From Raillietiella orientalis (taxonomy: Eukaryota): DNA of 64,000 bases. Every line of letters begins with the position of its first letter. Position 1 is the first letter of the stretch. The stretch lies in the NCBI GenBank assembly GCA_036172245.1, contig JAYWIR010000028.1, positions 2,418,001 through 2,482,000 on the forward strand, in the 5' to 3' direction. The notes under the pieces were generated by a model. That model did no database searches and had not been told where the DNA came from. It saw only the letters and a program-made list of their open reading frames with translations. Both the position numbers and the translations under genes were made by a program. This document shows, one piece after another, positions 63,802 through 64,000 of this stretch.

Positions 63802-64000
63802 AGTTACGTGAAGATTTGAAGCATCCAGAAACAGGTATCTCCAGCAAGGCCATGTGAACAGCTTCGTGAAGGACATTTTCGAGCTCATCGCCCAAGCATG
63901 AGCGTCCCGCCTGTCCCACTGCGACAAGCCCGCGACCATCCCCAGCCGGGAAGTGCAGCCGGCGATGCGCGCGTTGGCTGCCCGAAGAACGGGCCGTCTC
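63802..64000 (+). pseudogene. H2B: Degraded histone H2B pseudogene (histone-fold part), running off the window end
   Basis: 63822-63854 reads [11 protein letters not shown]; after a frameshift 63857-63976 reads [39 protein letters not shown]; after another shift LPEERAV(S). This is colinear with H2B [64 protein letters not shown]. In-frame TGA at 63899-63901. Confidence 0.9.

Noticed and set aside
18142..64000. Second (alternative) S0 exon of slo
   Set aside because: I searched by eye for another AKDWAGELISGQ-coding segment on the minus strand and found none.
1..64000. CRISPR array, prokaryotic operon or defence system, rRNA, snRNA
   Set aside because: No regularly spaced repeats, no gene-dense ORF runs and no recognisable rRNA or snRNA motifs; spliceosomal introns show the DNA is eukaryotic.

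Overview
This is eukaryotic genomic DNA, most likely from an arthropod. It is dominated by the 5' half of a slowpoke/Slo1 (BK, KCNMA1-type) Ca2+-activated K+ channel gene on the minus strand. Six coding exons (39281-38925, 18141-18080, 18021-17925, 17832-17721, 11562-11411, 11362-11195) splice at GT-AG sites into one uninterrupted 948-nt frame (316 aa) covering S0-S5, the pore and the first half of S6. I found no further exon, so the rest of the gene appears to lie beyond position 1. Upstream there is a GC-rich putative promoter/5'UTR zone (~43.6-55.5 kb) and, at the extreme right edge, a frameshifted histone H2B pseudogene that the ORF track misses. Almost all other listed ORFs look spurious. 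I saw no CRISPR array, rRNA, intact tRNA or intact transposon, and I cannot support a wholly new biological system. The most interesting observations are divergent residues in the channel, a stop-free in-frame 48-nt intron, an interleaved double inverted repeat in intron 1, and the H2B relic. Comparisons with reference proteins are from recall and need checking by alignment.
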